Assembly (NCBI RefSeq): GCF_000743755.1
Contig: NW_014569529.1
Coordinates: forward strand, 53,217 to 73,216
DNA length: 20,000 nt
Origin: Blastocystis sp. subtype 4
Taxonomy: Eukaryota
Reading direction: 5' to 3'
Position 1 is the stretch's first letter; every line of letters starts with the position of its first letter. Under the pieces are notes generated by a model. That model ran no database searches, was not told the origin of the DNA, and saw only the letters and a list, made by a program, of their open reading frames with translations. Made by a program: the position numbers and the translations under genes. Positions 18,901 through 20,000 of the stretch are shown here, one piece after another.

Positions 18901-19557
18901 TCATATGCTGCTTCTTCACGCATCTGACGATATTTGATCGTTGCATCATTGAGAACTGTGAAAAGAGAATTAACAAGAACGAACAACAAGTCCCTTCGAG
19001 CCAATGACTGAATCAATCCGTTTTCTGCATGCAAGAGCATTCCTCTGATACATTTGAACAAATCGTCATTCTGGGAATTACTCACTACCTCTTATTCTCG
19101 TTCACTATGCCTACAAAAAGTATCTCCACCAAAGAGTTGATGCAATAACAAATAATTGATATGATCTACGTGTAAACTCAACGGAATAATCCCAACCCAA
19201 TTCATTTTTGACTGCAGTAGACGATTTCCACTCGTCTAATAATACACTGTCAAGTAATATTGTTGGAATACGACGAGACAGCGATTTCTTTATCAAATCG
19301 TCGAAATTATCATTTACACGAAGAGTCATATGGTTTTTCGGTCTCTCATAATGCATATTCACTAAGTATACAATCAACTCGTAGAAACAACCAACACAAA
19401 TTAGAAACCATAGATATTTCAGACATCCAACAGTTATATAGCCCAACCATGAATCCAAATGAAATAACCAACGACCGATCTTCATGATCACATCCCATCG
19501 TTGCAATAGGGTGATCAACCACAAGGAGAAGATCAGTACACTTGCAAAAAACTCCAT
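15921..19557 (-). CDS. SNX13/14/19/25 (Mdm1)-like sorting nexin: TM-PXA-SH2-PX-PXC; multi-exon
   Basis: N-terminal hydrophobic helices. PXA-like segments (WWRYF.SNSQNDDLFKCIR...RRDLLFVLVN; LRDTLCEIISKKILLPSLDMITPHIFNSFIL). SH2-like LSRFQAETILLHAPTGSFLIRS. PX domain HHRYSTLRQFH..FPAFPPKQ..KKRCVGLNVFFNSLL. Nexin_C-like end LLRIFEQFQDPLFCKNVCLHLLDITISTFFPTI. The start codon and some splice sites are approximate. Confidence 0.82.
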
Positions 19558-19897
19558 TAGGTCCTATGCAAGTTCTCCACGTGTTGTTTTTCACAATGAT
19601 TTGTTTGACTTTCATACTAGTCAACTGTTATGCATAACACATCTCTTGAGGGAATCCGAGGTTCGATTACCAAGAGAATTCTTCTTTTCTTTACGAATTC
19701 AATGTATCCACATTTATAGTCTTATCTGTTATTATCTACGATACTAATGCATGCTTATGATACAAGAGATACATTAAATCATCCTTCTTCCAATTTGACA
19801 GGCAATGATTTCATGTCGTTGCGCCATTATTCAATCTTATTGGGGGATGGAAGGTGGCTGCTTGAAAAGTGGCATATATTCTTTATTCGTAATCAAT

Positions 19898-20000
19898 ATG
19901 CTGGCTCGTTCTGCTGTTGTGGCTCGTTCTTTCGGAACTGCTGCTCGTAAGCTGTTTGTGGGAGGAAACTGGAAGTGTAATGGATCTCTGTCGAAGGTCC
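19898..20000 (+). CDS. TPI: Triosephosphate isomerase N-terminus with mitochondrial presequence (probably TPI-GAPDH fusion); 3'-truncated
   Basis: ATG at 19898 gives MLARSAVVARSFGTAA-RKLFVGGNWKCNGSLSKV. RKxFVGGNWKxN is the conserved TPI N-terminus with the catalytic Lys. It is preceded by a 16-aa Arg/Ser/Ala-rich leader with no acidic residues. Confidence 0.93.
   Translation, partial: MLARSAVVARSFGTAARKLFVGGNWKCNGSLSKV

Noticed and set aside
6801..19557. Fragmented ORFs read as pseudogenes, frameshifts or an alternative genetic code
   Set aside because: Where traced, the breaks are explained by ~27-34-nt GT-AG introns that restore the frame. Rab5 and the 5' half of WS/DGAT were fully resolved this way.
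19484..19950. Short plus-strand ORFs 19484-19747 and 19747-19950
   Set aside because: No motifs. They overlap the nexin start or the TPI gene in another frame, and the region is most likely a divergent promoter.
1..20000. CRISPR arrays, tRNA/rRNA genes, transposons
   Set aside because: No regularly spaced DNA repeats, cloverleafs, rRNA-like sequence or transposase/reverse transcriptase motifs were seen by eye.

Overview
Eukaryotic, gene-dense window that looks like the gut stramenopile Blastocystis. The evidence is many ~30-nt GT-AG introns, very short intergenic gaps, the TGTTTGTT 3'-end motif just past gene ends, and a mitochondrion-targeted TPI. Eight genes are supported. (1) A 5'-truncated, intronless type I membrane protein (>2250 aa) with ~18 Cys-paired Ig/IPT-like repeats. 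(2) A WS/DGAT-family acyltransferase (-). (3) A LARGE/GT49-like glycosyltransferase (+). (4) Rab5 (-). (5) A WNK/NRBP-like pseudokinase with several CCT-like domains (-). (6) A helical (BAR-like) plus GOLD-domain protein (+). (7) A PXA-PX-PXC sorting nexin with an SH2 domain where animal relatives have RGS (-). (8) The start of a presequence-bearing triosephosphate isomerase, probably the TPI-GAPDH fusion (+). Highlights are the SH2-containing sorting nexin, the architecture of the giant surface protein, one strong and one weaker candidate for a stop codon made by polyadenylation, a shared upstream motif, and structured intergenic DNA that may encode small RNAs. All domain calls are by eye, without database searches.
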